From Candidatus Uhrbacteria bacterium RIFOXYB12_FULL_58_10 (lineage in GTDB: Bacteria; Patescibacteriota; Patescibacteriia; UBA9934; GWF2-40-263): 64,000 nucleotides of DNA. The stretch covers positions 1,049 through 65,048 of the forward strand of contig CALRBH010000004.1 in assembly GCA_943354165.1 (NCBI GenBank). Reading direction: 5' to 3'. A model generated the notes under the pieces. It had not been told where the DNA came from, did not search any database, and saw nothing but the letters and a program-made list of their open reading frames with translations. Made by a program: the position numbers and the translations under genes. This document shows positions 51,940 to 61,461 of the stretch, in pieces. Position 1 is the first letter of the stretch; each line of letters starts with the position of its first letter.

Positions 51940-53199
51940 ATGCATTCCCTGAAATACGACGATGCAGCCATGTGGGACACGGTGGCGGGCCAAGGGGGCG
52001 TCACTAAGGCCGAATGGCGCGCCATGATCCCCAGATTGCGCGAAGCGGACCGATCGCTCGCTCGCTTGAGCCGTGGAAAACAAGGCTGGATTTCTCCAGG
52101 CAGCGCAAAAGATCCATGGGTCAAGGAAGTCCTCGCGCAGGCAAAAAAGGTCCGCGGATCCTCTCGTGGACTTCTTGTCATTGGCATCGGCGGCTCCGAT
52201 CTAGGCGCACGCGCGCTCTTACAATCATTAGGCGATCCGTCGAAGGGCGTCTGGCTCGATGTTCTTTCTAACCCTGATCCGGAATACATAGCTGCCAAAC
52301 TTGATGACGCAAAGGAATGGCTGAAAGAAACCGCCGTGCTCGTGGTTTCAAAGTCAGGAATGACGCTTGAAACGATGGCGATATTTTCGCTGGTTCGAGA
52401 AAAGCTCAAGGCGCTCAAGGGCGACAAACATCGTTCCCAGATTTACGTGATCAGCGACCCAAACGGAAATCCGTTGCATGAACTTTCAAAATCAGAGGGG
52501 TATAACTTTATTCCTCACGCGCTGAATATCGGGGGCAGATTCTCCATCCTTTCAAGCGTCGGTTTGTTTCCAGCCGCATGCGCAGGCATTCCGATCACGC
52601 GTGTCCTCAAAGGCGCTCAAGATCGTTCTTTAAAGAATGCCGCACAACGATTCGCTGCATTGCACACGCTGGCGATGGCTACGCACGGACAAGGCACCCA
52701 TGTGCTGATGCCGTATTCGAACGCGCTCGAGACGTTTGGAGACTGGTACAGGCAGATCTGGGCAGAATCGCTGGGAAAGAACGGAAAGGGTCCAACACCG
52801 CTTGCCGCTCTAGGAACGATTGACCAACATTCCCAGGTCCAACTTTTTCACGACGGGCCAAACGATAAGGCCTATACGTTTATTTCCGTTGAAAAACCTC
52901 GTCGAGATGTCCGGTTACCCGCGTCAGTTAATAGGATCATGCCTGGCCTTGGTGGAAAGAAGCTCTCAGAGATCATGCAGGCGTCTTACAAGGGCACCGC
53001 GACGGCTCTATCAGGCGCACAGAGGCCACACGGAACTATCACCATCCCAACCATCTCACCGGAGACCGTAGGGGCGCTGGCGCAATTCTTCATGCTTGCG
53101 ACTGCCTATACAGGCGAGCTCATGGGAGTGAATACCTTCGATCAACCTGGGGTTGAGGCGGGCAAGATTGAAACCAAACGGTTGCTAGGCCTCGTATGA
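51940..53199 (+). CDS. pgi: Glucose-6-phosphate isomerase
   Basis: IGIGGSDLG, SKSGMTLET, GGRFS, AESLGK, DQHS, FDQPGVEAGK. Confidence 0.95.
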   Translation: MHSLKYDDAAMWDTVAGQGGVTKAEWRAMIPRLREADRSLARLSRGKQGWISPGSAKDPWVKEVLAQAKKVRGSSRGLLVIGIGGSDLGARALLQSLGDPSKGVWLDVLSNPDPEYIAAKLDDAKEWLKETAVLVVSKSGMTLETMAIFSLVREKLKALKGDKHRSQIYVISDPNGNPLHELSKSEGYNFIPHALNIGGRFSILSSVGLFPAACAGIPITRVLKGAQDRSLKNAAQRFAALHTLAMATHGQGTHVLMPYSNALETFGDWYRQIWAESLGKNGKGPTPLAALGTIDQHSQVQLFHDGPNDKAYTFISVEKPRRDVRLPASVNRIMPGLGGKKLSEIMQASYKGTATALSGAQRPHGTITIPTISPETVGALAQFFMLATAYTGELMGVNTFDQPGVEAGKIETKRLLGLV

Positions 53200-53603
53200 A
53201 GTTCAGCCATGCGCTGATAGCGATGGGCACGGTTTATGCGGCCAACCACGTGTTGTCCTCGAAATTGTTTTTGATCTATCAGACCTATCCGAACTTTGAC
53301 GTGCCGATGCACTTCATCGGCGGATTCACCGCAGGGATGGTCGGACTCGCGATTCACACCTACGCCTACAATGGAAAGAAACGACGCTCAGTACCAAAAT
53401 GGTATTCCGTTCTGTTTGTCCTCGGCGCAACAGCGATGATCGCGGTGGTGTGGGAATATTACGAATTCACCCTCGACCAGCTCAACCGGGGAAGGGCAGG
53501 TTGGTATAGCATGCAGCCGACCGTCGTCGATACGATGGCGGATATATTCTTAGGGATGTTTGGAAGTGCATCAGCCATCGGAATATTTCGAAAGCATTTG
53601 TAA
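53196..53603 (+). CDS. Hypothetical membrane protein
   Basis: FDVPMHFIGG, WEYYEF, DTMADI..G motifs in hydrophobic ORF. Confidence 0.8.
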   Translation: MKFSHALIAMGTVYAANHVLSSKLFLIYQTYPNFDVPMHFIGGFTAGMVGLAIHTYAYNGKKRRSVPKWYSVLFVLGATAMIAVVWEYYEFTLDQLNRGRAGWYSMQPTVVDTMADIFLGMFGSASAIGIFRKHL

Positions 53604-53624
53604 TGAGTCGTGAAGTGAACTATT

Positions 53625-53640
53625 TACTTAGTGTCGTAAA
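53625..53640 (+). repeat. dif-like half-site
   Basis: TACTTAGTGTCGTA identical to 54264-54277. Confidence 0.6.
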
Positions 53641-53642
53641 AT

Positions 53643-54026
53643 ATGGACGAACGGGGAACACAGACCGGGGTCGGGAAGCGAGCTGAGAGACCTTGGGGGT
53701 GGTATGAGTCGATATTTATAGATGATGGTTACCAGGTAAAACGGATCCTAGTAAAACCTGGCCAAAGGCTTTCGTACCAGTCGCACGAAAAAAGATCCGA
53801 GCGCTGGATCATTATTTCTGGCTACGCGGATGTAACGCTCGACGATAAATATTTTTCGTTTGGCGTCGGCGAAGTGGTCGAGGTTGGCATACGCGTAAAA
53901 CATCGCATAACGAATTCCAAAGATGTAGACCTCATGCTTATAGAGGTGCAGCTGGGCTCATACTTAGGCGAGGATGACATTGTACGGTACCAGGACGATT
54001 ACGGACGTGTGCCACAGGTATCCTAG
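53643..54026 (+). CDS. Phosphomannose isomerase type II C-terminal cupin protein
   Basis: RPWGWY, VKPGQRLSYQSH..RSE.W, IEVQLGSYLGEDDIVR. Confidence 0.92.
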   Translation: MDERGTQTGVGKRAERPWGWYESIFIDDGYQVKRILVKPGQRLSYQSHEKRSERWIIISGYADVTLDDKYFSFGVGEVVEVGIRVKHRITNSKDVDLMLIEVQLGSYLGEDDIVRYQDDYGRVPQVS

Positions 54027-54033
54027 TACCCAT

Positions 54034-54171
54034 GAAAACGTCCTAGGGCATTTTAAACGGTCGCGTATTTTCGACTCGCAACACCCCAAGGGCAACAACG
54101 CGTCTCAACGCGTTAAGCCAAGCACCTCGACACGACAAGCCAAACGACCGCTCAACGAGGGAGACATTTTC
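54034..54171 (-). ncRNA. Candidate rod-like structured RNA/ssDNA element
   Basis: Nested pairings around apical AACGCGT-tgag-ACGCGTT, with many G-U pairs possible only on the minus strand. Confidence 0.4.
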
Positions 54172-54219
54172 CGACTCTTGATCCGTGAACGGCAAGGGGA
54201 TCAAGTGTTGGAAAATGTC
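54163..54219. repeat. 22-bp inverted repeat
   Basis: GACATTTTCCGACTCTTGATCC / GGATCAAGTGTTGGAAAATGTC (2 deviations). Confidence 0.85.
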
Positions 54220-54223
54220 GACG

Positions 54224-54283
54224 ATCTTATGCGACACTAAGTAGCCAGGTGAGCGTTTTAGGCTACTTAGTGTCGTATAAGAT
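54224..54283. repeat. 23-bp inverted repeat containing dif-like arms
   Basis: ATCTTATGCGACACTAAGTAGCC / GGCTACTTAGTGTCGTATAAGAT (1 deviation). Confidence 0.9.
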
Positions 54284-54298
54284 ATATTGTGCGACACT
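54269..54298. other. Candidate dif-like tyrosine recombinase site
   Basis: AGTGTCGTATAA-GATATA-TTGTGCGACACT: near-palindromic arms and 6-bp spacer; resembles E. coli dif left arm and spacer GGTGCGCATAA-TGTATA. Confidence 0.55.
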
Positions 54299-54335
54299 TG
54301 ATATTTGAGATAATCAAGGGGTTTCTGCTACTTCT

Positions 54336-54551
54336 CTACACTGCTCTCCCTAAATTTTCTGATAAGTACGTGAGTACCAGGATCATTCCCCCGATCCCGA
54401 AGCACGTAAGAAATAGCATCGCGAGCATCCGAATGTCTCCGTCATCTTTTGCTGCGCCGATAATAATATTTGCAGAAATAAAAATATACGCAGCGATAGG
54501 CGTCAGAACCATGATCCATCCAAAGATTTTGAGGACGAGTTCAAGCGACAT
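54336..54551 (-). CDS. Hypothetical small 2-TM protein
   Basis: Two hydrophobic segments; start could be 54581. Confidence 0.6.
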   Translation of the reverse strand: MSLELVLKIFGWIMVLTPIAAYIFISANIIIGAAKDDGDIRMLAMLFLTCFGIGGMILVLTYLSENLGRAV

Positions 54552-54598
54552 ATAAGTGGGTCCCCTACCCTCCGTAGCCATAGCCCGCGAGACCCTGC

Positions 54599-55849
54599 TT
54601 AATTCGATCCGACGAGGAGTGGCATCGGATCAACCGGGATCCCGTTTTTTCTTGCTTCGAAGTGAAGATGTGGTCCCGTCGAAAGTCCGGCACCAGCTGT
54701 GCCTGGCATCCCTCCTGAAAGGCCGATTGTGGCTCCACGCGCGAGGAATTGGTCAGGCTTCACGGTAATCTTCGAAAGATGAGCGTAAAGCGTGGCAATA
54801 CCATTGGTGTGAATCACCATCACATAATTTCCATATTGCGACCCTACACGAGTCCATGCCACATATCCAGGGGCCGCCGAAACAACAGGCGTCCCCTGCT
54901 TTTGAGGAATATCGAGCCCGGAGTGTTCGAATAGATGTCGGAACGGGTAGGTTGGATCGTGGAACCTCGTGGAAATGCCTCGGTACGAAGGGTCCACTGG
55001 CCAGGAAAGCACGGTGGGGCCCTTGATACCATCTGCATCGGCAAGCTTCGCTTCGATCGCCCCCTGAAGAAGACCGATCTGATGGTTAATGTAGGCCTCT
55101 TCCTCACGCAACTGACTCAACAATGACTGGTATTGAGATTCGGACTGCTTGCTCTCCGCAAACAGCGTATCCTTGGCGCCGCGCTCTTCTGCAAGCTGGT
55201 TCGTGGTTTCCTGAAGCGTCTTCTCGAGGTTCGCGAGACGTGCATGTCGGCCCTCGAGATCCTTGCGCGACATTTCCACGCCAGCTTGCTCGATCTTCGC
55301 CTTATCTACGGCCACGGACAAGTCTTCATTAATGTTCGCGAGATACTGCAATTGATCAAACAGTTCAGCAAAGCTATTAGTACTGAACAAGGCTTCCAAA
55401 ACCAATGAGTGATCGTTTACCTCCATGGAGCGCAGGAGATCGGCAATGAGCTCGCGATTGCGTGCCAACTGCGTTTCAATCGCCGAAATCTGGGCGGATA
55501 ATACCGTGATCTCATCATCAATCACTTCACGTTCAGCTTGAGTGGCCTTTAAGGTCAGCTCCGTCTTCGCAATACGGTTTTCAAGCAAGGAAACCTGATC
55601 CTGTAACGTTGTGGAGGTCCGTTGCTGCTTTTCGATCTGCGCCCGGAACGTTTCGATGCGATCCTGCAAGGAATCCACGTTCGAACGCTTCGCTTTGATT
55701 TCATCATTGAGTTTATTGATCTCACCAGCAATCTCCGCATCATCGATAGAAACCTTTGTCGGAGCCGATTGCGCAAACGAAATCGCCGCCACAAGGAGAC
55801 AGGCGGCCGGAATCGTCAGAGAAATTATTCCTAGGTTCCTCCTATTCAT
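54599..55849 (-). CDS. Coiled-coil M23 peptidase (EnvC/CwlO-like architecture, metal ligands intact)
   Basis: Signal peptide, long coiled coil, HSGLD, YAHLS, STGPHLHFE. Confidence 0.9.
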   Translation of the reverse strand: MNRRNLGIISLTIPAACLLVAAISFAQSAPTKVSIDDAEIAGEINKLNDEIKAKRSNVDSLQDRIETFRAQIEKQQRTSTTLQDQVSLLENRIAKTELTLKATQAEREVIDDEITVLSAQISAIETQLARNRELIADLLRSMEVNDHSLVLEALFSTNSFAELFDQLQYLANINEDLSVAVDKAKIEQAGVEMSRKDLEGRHARLANLEKTLQETTNQLAEERGAKDTLFAESKQSESQYQSLLSQLREEEAYINHQIGLLQGAIEAKLADADGIKGPTVLSWPVDPSYRGISTRFHDPTYPFRHLFEHSGLDIPQKQGTPVVSAAPGYVAWTRVGSQYGNYVMVIHTNGIATLYAHLSKITVKPDQFLARGATIGLSGGMPGTAGAGLSTGPHLHFEARKNGIPVDPMPLLVGSN

Positions 55850-57321
55850 GCAGCGAACTGATTAAGGGCATGCCTCAACCGCGCGAGTGACTCTTCCCTG
55901 CCGAACGCCCACAAAAGTTGGTACGGACTTGGCGAAGCCGAGCGACCAGAAAGGGCCACGCGCAACGGCCACAAAACATTGCCATTAGAGAGGCTCTTGC
56001 GAGTAATATACTCCTTCACAGAAGCTTCGAGTAGAGCGATATCCACGAAGGCAGAAGCATCCATCGAATCTATATGGAGAGAAAGCTCTTTTAGTTGAAG
56101 TTGAGCGTCTGCAGCGTCAGATTTCTTCCAAACCAGCATGCCAGCTTCGTACGGAGGGACCGTAAGATACCCGTCGACGAGATCGACCATGTCGGCCAGC
56201 TTCACAAGCCGCTCCTGTTCGATGGTACAAACACGTTCAAGAAGTCCAGATTCAACCGACTTCCCTGCTCGCTCAAGAAACGGAGAAACGAGGGAAACAA
56301 GTTCCTTCGGCGACTTCGTCCGGATGTACTGACCGTTCATCCAATCGAGCTTTTCGACGTTAAAGACGGCACCTGACTTGTTTACCTTCGAAATTTCGAA
56401 CAATGGAATCAGTTCAGCAACTGAGAAAATTTCGCGATCAGCCGACGGATTGAATCCCATCAAAGCCACAAAGTTCATGAGGGCTTCTGGCAGATATCCC
56501 TTATCAAGATAATCCTCGACCGCCACATCACCTTGTCGCTTTGAAAGTTTCGATCGGTCTGCGTTAAGAATCAATGGAAGATGAGCAAACTCTGGAATCT
56601 TCCAGCCAAATGCATTGTAAAGCATCACATGCTTCGGAACGCTCGAAATCCATTCCTCGCCACGAATCACGCAAGTGACCTCCATGAGGTGATCATCTAC
56701 AACGTTTGCGAGATGGTACGTCGGATATCCATCAGATTTCATGAGCACCTGGTCATCGACCTCGGCATTCGAGATTTCGATGCGGCCGCGGATCAAATCC
56801 TCAATAACGGTTTCCCCTTCTGGGATTTTCAATCGAAGAACGTACGGCTCGCTTGCTGACAATTTTTGTTCAATCTCAGCCTGCGATAATTTCGTACAGG
56901 CGCGATCGTATTTCATCGGCATCTTTGCGAGTTCCTGTTCTTTACGAACCGTATCGAGCCGATCTTTTGAGCAGAAACAATAATAGGCGTGGCGAGAAGC
57001 AAGGAGCATCTTCGCATGCTCAAGATAAATGGGCAGGCGCTGAGACTGAATGTACGGCCCGTGATTCCCTACTTCGACAATTTCTCCCTTCGCATTAAGC
57101 GTCGGACCCTCATTGTACGACAGGCTCATTCGATCAAGAGAACGAATCAGACTTTCGACGGCGCCTGGTACATACCGTTCGCGATCCGTATCCTCAATAC
57201 GCAAGACGAACTTCCCTCCAAGCTTCCTGGCATGCATGTAGTTATAAAGCGCAGTGCGCAGTCCCCCGATATGGAGATATCCAGTAGGAGAAGGGGGGAA
57301 TCGAGTTACAACCAATGACAT
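55846..57321 (-). CDS. gltX: Glutamate--tRNA ligase
   Basis: RFPPSPTGYLHIGG, RIEDTD, YHLANVVDDH, KLSKR. Confidence 0.97.
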   Translation of the reverse strand: MSLVVTRFPPSPTGYLHIGGLRTALYNYMHARKLGGKFVLRIEDTDRERYVPGAVESLIRSLDRMSLSYNEGPTLNAKGEIVEVGNHGPYIQSQRLPIYLEHAKMLLASRHAYYCFCSKDRLDTVRKEQELAKMPMKYDRACTKLSQAEIEQKLSASEPYVLRLKIPEGETVIEDLIRGRIEISNAEVDDQVLMKSDGYPTYHLANVVDDHLMEVTCVIRGEEWISSVPKHVMLYNAFGWKIPEFAHLPLILNADRSKLSKRQGDVAVEDYLDKGYLPEALMNFVALMGFNPSADREIFSVAELIPLFEISKVNKSGAVFNVEKLDWMNGQYIRTKSPKELVSLVSPFLERAGKSVESGLLERVCTIEQERLVKLADMVDLVDGYLTVPPYEAGMLVWKKSDAADAQLQLKELSLHIDSMDASAFVDIALLEASVKEYITRKSLSNGNVLWPLRVALSGRSASPSPYQLLWAFGREESLARLRHALNQFAA

Positions 57322-57338
57322 ATTCAATGTTATTCATC

Positions 57339-57370
57339 CTACGTACTACGAACTACGCACTACGTACTAA
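57339..57370 (-). repeat. 4x 7-mer tandem repeat (purine arm only) overlapping glycosyltransferase stop
   Basis: Minus strand TACGTAG TGCGTAG TTCGTAG TACGTAG. Confidence 0.85.
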
Positions 57371-58115
57371 TCCGCCTCAATCTATCCCAAATAGCGAGCG
57401 TTGGAAAGACGACCGCAGCAGTAAGGATCCGTATAAGGCGCGAAGGTTCCTGAATGAGCCGCCAGAGCCATTCAAGACCCATTTGGCGCCACGCAAGCGG
57501 TGCGCGCTCGATGCGTCCTGAAAGAAAGGCAAAAACGCCCCCGACGCCGATCATGAACCGAACGCTTAGAAACTTATTGAGATGAGACGCAATCCAAGCT
57601 TCCTGTTTTCCGTGCCCGAGGGCAACGGCGATGACGGCAGGTTGAAACGCGATGATTTCGTCGAGTGTCGACGGTTCCATTTCCCAGTTTCCATCCGCAA
57701 GCAGATGAATCATGCCGCCGTTCATTCCTTTAATCGACAGATTTGGATACTGCGACTTTATGGCCAGGGCCGCGAGTTTCGCATCGTCCCCTTCCCCACC
57801 CAGTAATAAAATCGGCAGCGAATGGTCAGCGCAAGCCTTCACCAAATCCTCAAGAATTTCCGTTCCTGTAACGCGAGCGAGTTGTTCGTTGTACAAATAA
57901 CGTCCGATCAGCGAAATCCCGAACCCGTCCACTGCAACGATTCCTGCCTCATGAACGATAGAGGCAAACTTGGGGTTTGATCGCGCCTCAACCAGCATTT
58001 CAGGATTCAAGGTAACGATTTGAACCGCTTCCTCCTTGGAATCCATCGCCGAACAGACCCGATCCCAGATCTGGTTTCTTGTGAGGTTTTTAACGTGAAC
58101 ACCAAAAATGTTCAT
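57360..58115 (-). CDS. WecB/TagA/CpsF family glycosyltransferase
   Basis: TLNPE, RVTG, LGHGKQE, GVGG, RAP..W...GLEWLWRL..EP.R. Confidence 0.92.
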   Translation of the reverse strand: MNIFGVHVKNLTRNQIWDRVCSAMDSKEEAVQIVTLNPEMLVEARSNPKFASIVHEAGIVAVDGFGISLIGRYLYNEQLARVTGTEILEDLVKACADHSLPILLLGGEGDDAKLAALAIKSQYPNLSIKGMNGGMIHLLADGNWEMEPSTLDEIIAFQPAVIAVALGHGKQEAWIASHLNKFLSVRFMIGVGGVFAFLSGRIERAPLAWRQMGLEWLWRLIQEPSRLIRILTAAVVFPTLAIWDRLRRIST

Positions 58116-58140
58116 AAGATTTACATGCTAACACGCGGAC

Positions 58141-58181
58141 TTTACACGCTCAAATTAGCACTCTATAATAGCGAGTGCTAA
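58141..58181 (+). promoter_or_regulatory. clpB promoter overlapped by CIRCE (HrcA operator)
   Basis: TTAGCACTC-N9-GAGTGCTAA at 58155-58181; TTTACA-17 nt-TATAAT with the -10 inside the CIRCE spacer. Confidence 0.95.
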
Positions 58182-58188
58182 TCTCCAT

Positions 58189-60828
58189 ATGCTTCCAAAC
58201 AATTTCACTCTCAAATCACAACAGGCGCTTCAGGCCGCGCACAACATCGCCCAGGAACATGGCCAGCAGGTCATCGAACCGATCCATCTTCTCGCCTCGC
58301 TTTTGCGCCAGGAAGACGGCGTCGTGTTGCCGATGGTGAACAAGATCACTCAGCAGCGCATTGAACTGCGCGCGGAAGTCGATACCATTCTCGATTCCCT
58401 TCCCGCAACGCGTTCTTCCGGTTCGCTCGGTCAGCTGTACCTCTCTCCAGAAATGGCGACATCGCTTTCTGACGCGGGTGCGAAAGCCAAGCAATTCAAG
58501 GATGATTTCATCTCCACAGAACATCTTTTCCTCGGCCTTATCGCAAACAAGAAGGTAGGCAAACTCCTTTCGAAATACGCGATCACAGAGGAATCCGCCA
58601 TGCATGCCCTCAAGGACATTCGTGGCACAGCGCGCGTCGATTCCCAGGAACCAGAGTCCCGTTTCCAGGCTCTTCAGAAATACAGCCGAAACGTTACGGA
58701 CGCCGCACGCGCAGGCGAAATCGATCCGATCATCGGACGCGATGCGGAAATCCGCCGCGTCATGCAAGTCTTGTCGCGTCGAACGAAGAATAATCCGGTT
58801 CTGATTGGTGAAGCCGGTGTCGGAAAGACAGCCGTCGTTGAAGGACTGGCCCAACGCATCGTATCGGGCGATGTCCCCGAACTCCTCAAGAACAAGGAGA
58901 TCATTTCACTTGATCTCGGTGCGCTTGTCGCCGGAACCAAGTATCGCGGTGAGTTCGAAGATCGATTAAAAGCCGTCGTGAAAGAGATCGAGGCTTCCGG
59001 CGGAAAGATCATTCTGTTCATCGACGAGCTTCATACGTTGGTCGGCGCAGGAACGACAGAAGGCGGATCCATGGACGCTGCCAACCTGCTCAAACCAGCC
59101 CTCGCACGCGGGAAACTTCGTGCCGTTGGCGCGACGACGATCAAAGAATATCAACGTCACATCGAAAAGGATCCTGCCCTTGAGCGTCGGTTCCAGCCTG
59201 TAATGGTAGAAGAACCGAGCGTGGACGACACCATCGCTATTCTTCGTGGAATCAAAGAACGGTACGAGGTTCACCACGGCGTGCGTATTTCCGATCCAGC
59301 CGTCGTTTCGGCCGCCACCCTGTCGAATCGCTATATCACCGATCGTCACCTTCCAGACAAGGCGATCGATCTTGTCGACGAAGCCGCCTCTGCCCTGCGC
59401 ATGCAGATCGATTCCATGCCGGAGGAACTCGATATTCTCAAGCGCGATCTCACTCGCCTCGAAATCGAACGAAAGGCGCTTCAGCACGAGGAAGATAAAG
59501 ATTCAAAAAATCGATTGTCGGAGATTGAGCGCTTGATCGCTGATTTGCGCGAAAAGTCTGATGCCTTGGAAGGACGTTGGAAAAACGAGAAGGATAAGAT
59601 CGCGGATATTTCCGCGGCAAAGAAGCAAATCGAGAAACTGCGAGGTGAAGCGGAAGCTTTGGAACGCCAAGGAAATCTTGAGGCGGTGGCGAAGATTCGC
59701 TACGGATCGATTCCCGAAGCAGAACAGGCACGCGAGGCAGCTGAAGTTGCCCTTGGTAAATTACAGGAGGATCGAGGGATCCTGAAACAGGTGGTGACGG
59801 AAGAAGACATTGCCACCGTGGTTTCCCGCTGGACGCACGTCCCTGTCTCAAAGATGCTCGAGTCCGAGATGGTTAAACTCGCCAGCATGGAAGGCGAGCT
59901 CGCTAAGCGCGTGGTTGGCCAGCAGGAAGCTATCAGCGCGGTCAGCAACGCCCTGCGCCGCTCGCGTGCCGGCATTGGTGAGGAAAACCGCCCGATCGGA
60001 TCGTTCATCTTCTTGGGGCCAACCGGCGTCGGAAAAACCGAACTCGCCCGTTCGCTCGCGGCGTTCATGTTCAACGATGAGTCCGCCATGATCCGCCTCG
60101 ACATGTCGGAATACATGGAGCGGCATTCAACGTCGAAGATTCTCGGTTCCCCTCCGGGCTATGTCGGCTACGATGAGGGTGGCCAGCTCACGGAAATGGT
60201 CCGACGCCGCCCTTACTCCGTTCTGCTCTTCGACGAAATCGAAAAGGCGCATCCTGACACCTTCAACCTTCTCCTTCAGATCCTCGACGAAGGACATCTG
60301 ACCGATGCCAAGGGCCGCAAGGTCAATTTCAAGAACTGCATCATCATCATGACCAGCAACCTGGGCTCGGACATGATCCTGAACGCCGGAACGGAAAAGA
60401 CCATTGGGTTTGATGGGAACGATGAAACAGAAACGTCAGAAGCGTCGGAAGTCCGCGAGCGCGTGCTCAGTCTCCTCAAGGACCACTTCCGTCCAGAGTT
60501 TCTCAACCGCATCGATGAGATCATCGTGTTCCATTCCCTTTCCAAGGAGGAAATCGCCATGATCGTCGATCTGCAGTTGGCCCATGTCGCGGAGCGGCTT
60601 CAGAAACAGAAGGATGTGAAGCTGAGCCTGTCGGCCGCGGCCAAAAAGCTCATTGCGGAGAAGGGATATGACCCAAGTTATGGGGCCCGACCGCTAAAGC
60701 GTGTGATCCAGTCCCTGATTCTCGACCCTTTGGCCATGAAGATCGTGTCCGGGGAGATCAAGGAAGGTCAGACGGTGACCATCGGAGCAAAAGCCGACGC
60801 GATTACCATCCAGACCAAGGAAGCCTAG
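58189..60828 (+). CDS. clpB: Chaperone ClpB
   Basis: Two AAA+ modules ([16 protein letters not shown]), long M-domain coiled coil, no ClpP-binding IGF-dependent shortening. Confidence 0.95.
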   Translation: MLPNNFTLKSQQALQAAHNIAQEHGQQVIEPIHLLASLLRQEDGVVLPMVNKITQQRIELRAEVDTILDSLPATRSSGSLGQLYLSPEMATSLSDAGAKAKQFKDDFISTEHLFLGLIANKKVGKLLSKYAITEESAMHALKDIRGTARVDSQEPESRFQALQKYSRNVTDAARAGEIDPIIGRDAEIRRVMQVLSRRTKNNPVLIGEAGVGKTAVVEGLAQRIVSGDVPELLKNKEIISLDLGALVAGTKYRGEFEDRLKAVVKEIEASGGKIILFIDELHTLVGAGTTEGGSMDAANLLKPALARGKLRAVGATTIKEYQRHIEKDPALERRFQPVMVEEPSVDDTIAILRGIKERYEVHHGVRISDPAVVSAATLSNRYITDRHLPDKAIDLVDEAASALRMQIDSMPEELDILKRDLTRLEIERKALQHEEDKDSKNRLSEIERLIADLREKSDALEGRWKNEKDKIADISAAKKQIEKLRGEAEALERQGNLEAVAKIRYGSIPEAEQAREAAEVALGKLQEDRGILKQVVTEEDIATVVSRWTHVPVSKMLESEMVKLASMEGELAKRVVGQQEAISAVSNALRRSRAGIGEENRPIGSFIFLGPTGVGKTELARSLAAFMFNDESAMIRLDMSEYMERHSTSKILGSPPGYVGYDEGGQLTEMVRRRPYSVLLFDEIEKAHPDTFNLLLQILDEGHLTDAKGRKVNFKNCIIIMTSNLGSDMILNAGTEKTIGFDGNDETETSEASEVRERVLSLLKDHFRPEFLNRIDEIIVFHSLSKEEIAMIVDLQLAHVAERLQKQKDVKLSLSAAAKKLIAEKGYDPSYGARPLKRVIQSLILDPLAMKIVSGEIKEGQTVTIGAKADAITIQTKEA

Positions 60829-60835
60829 ATTCGAC

Positions 60836-60864
60836 AGAAAACAGCCGTACACCGGCTGTTTTCT
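60836..60864 (+). terminator. clpB terminator
   Basis: AGAAAACAGCCG-tacac-CGGCTGTTTTCT. Confidence 0.8.
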
Positions 60865-60912
60865 AATTGCTGATATTTGGCTTCACACAGTGCAATTATC
60901 TGCCATAGACTC

Positions 60913-60941
60913 TTGACAAAACCTCAAAAATATGATAGTCT
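60913..60941 (+). promoter_or_regulatory. sigma70-like promoter of orphan cluster
   Basis: TTGACA-17 nt-TAGTCT with TG extension. Confidence 0.6.
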
Positions 60942-61024
60942 TTTCGCGTTGGATTGATCTACGAAGTTGGTTCAACATCACAACTAAAGACTCTGGAGAG
61001 AGTCTGAAACCTACGTAAGACCGA

Positions 61025-61144
61025 TTGTTAAGACGGTACCGCGGGTTTTTTCTTACTCAAGCCTTCAACAAACGGTCCAACAAGCGCATCGAACGCGAGA
61101 GCCGCGGCCGCAAGCTCGGCAAGCAGTTCCAGCACGCCGCCTAG
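61025..61144 (+). CDS. Possible 39-aa basic peptide (TTG start uncertain)
   Basis: MLRRYRGFFLTQAFNKRSNKRIERESRGRKLGKQFQHAA*; distal codons strongly C/G-ending. Confidence 0.35.
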   Translation: MLRRYRGFFLTQAFNKRSNKRIERESRGRKLGKQFQHAA

Positions 61145-61266
61145 TTCCTTTCCCAACCGAAGCTGCTGCTCACTCAACTGTGAGCAGCCTTCCCCCGGGG
61201 CCATCTTCGCAAGAAGGTGAAACCGGCAGGAGCATCGCTTCTGTACGTCACACTCTGGAGTTTCCC

Positions 61267-61461
61267 ATGAAGAAGTTTTTCCTCACCGCGCTCATTGTCC
61301 TCATTCCCGGTCCCCTCGTCGCCGCCACGCTACCCAACCGCCTGAAGCGTGATCAGCCGCGAGAGCCCGCGCAGACCATCGAGTTCGCGCCGGCGACGTT
61401 CGTCAACATGCCGACTGCCTTCATCCAGGTCACCCGACCCGTGAAGACCGCCGGCCTCTAG
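61267..61461 (+). CDS. Small hypothetical protein with signal-like N-terminus (64 aa)
   Basis: GGAG 6 nt before ATG; MKKFFLTALIVLIPGPLVAA. Confidence 0.6.
   Translation: MKKFFLTALIVLIPGPLVAATLPNRLKRDQPREPAQTIEFAPATFVNMPTAFIQVTRPVKTAGL

Noticed and set aside
54034-54219. Integron attC site or retron msr-msd
   Set aside because: RYYYAAC/GTTRRRY boxes do not bracket the stem in the right order; no integrase or reverse transcriptase in the window
53974-54555. ORFs 53974-54240(+), 54043-54297(-), 54289-54555(+)
   Set aside because: They cross inverted repeats or lie antisense to a better ORF; no recognisable protein features
60985-61010. Glycine riboswitch (CTCTGGAGAG)
   Set aside because: Downstream conserved CCGAAG...CTCTCAGG elements are not in place; the segment forms a simple hairpin
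60828-61144. tmRNA (GATTCGAC after clpB; frame ending ...HAA*)
   Set aside because: No GGGG 5' acceptor strand or T-arm/CCA 3' end found, and GATTCGAC lies upstream of the clpB terminator
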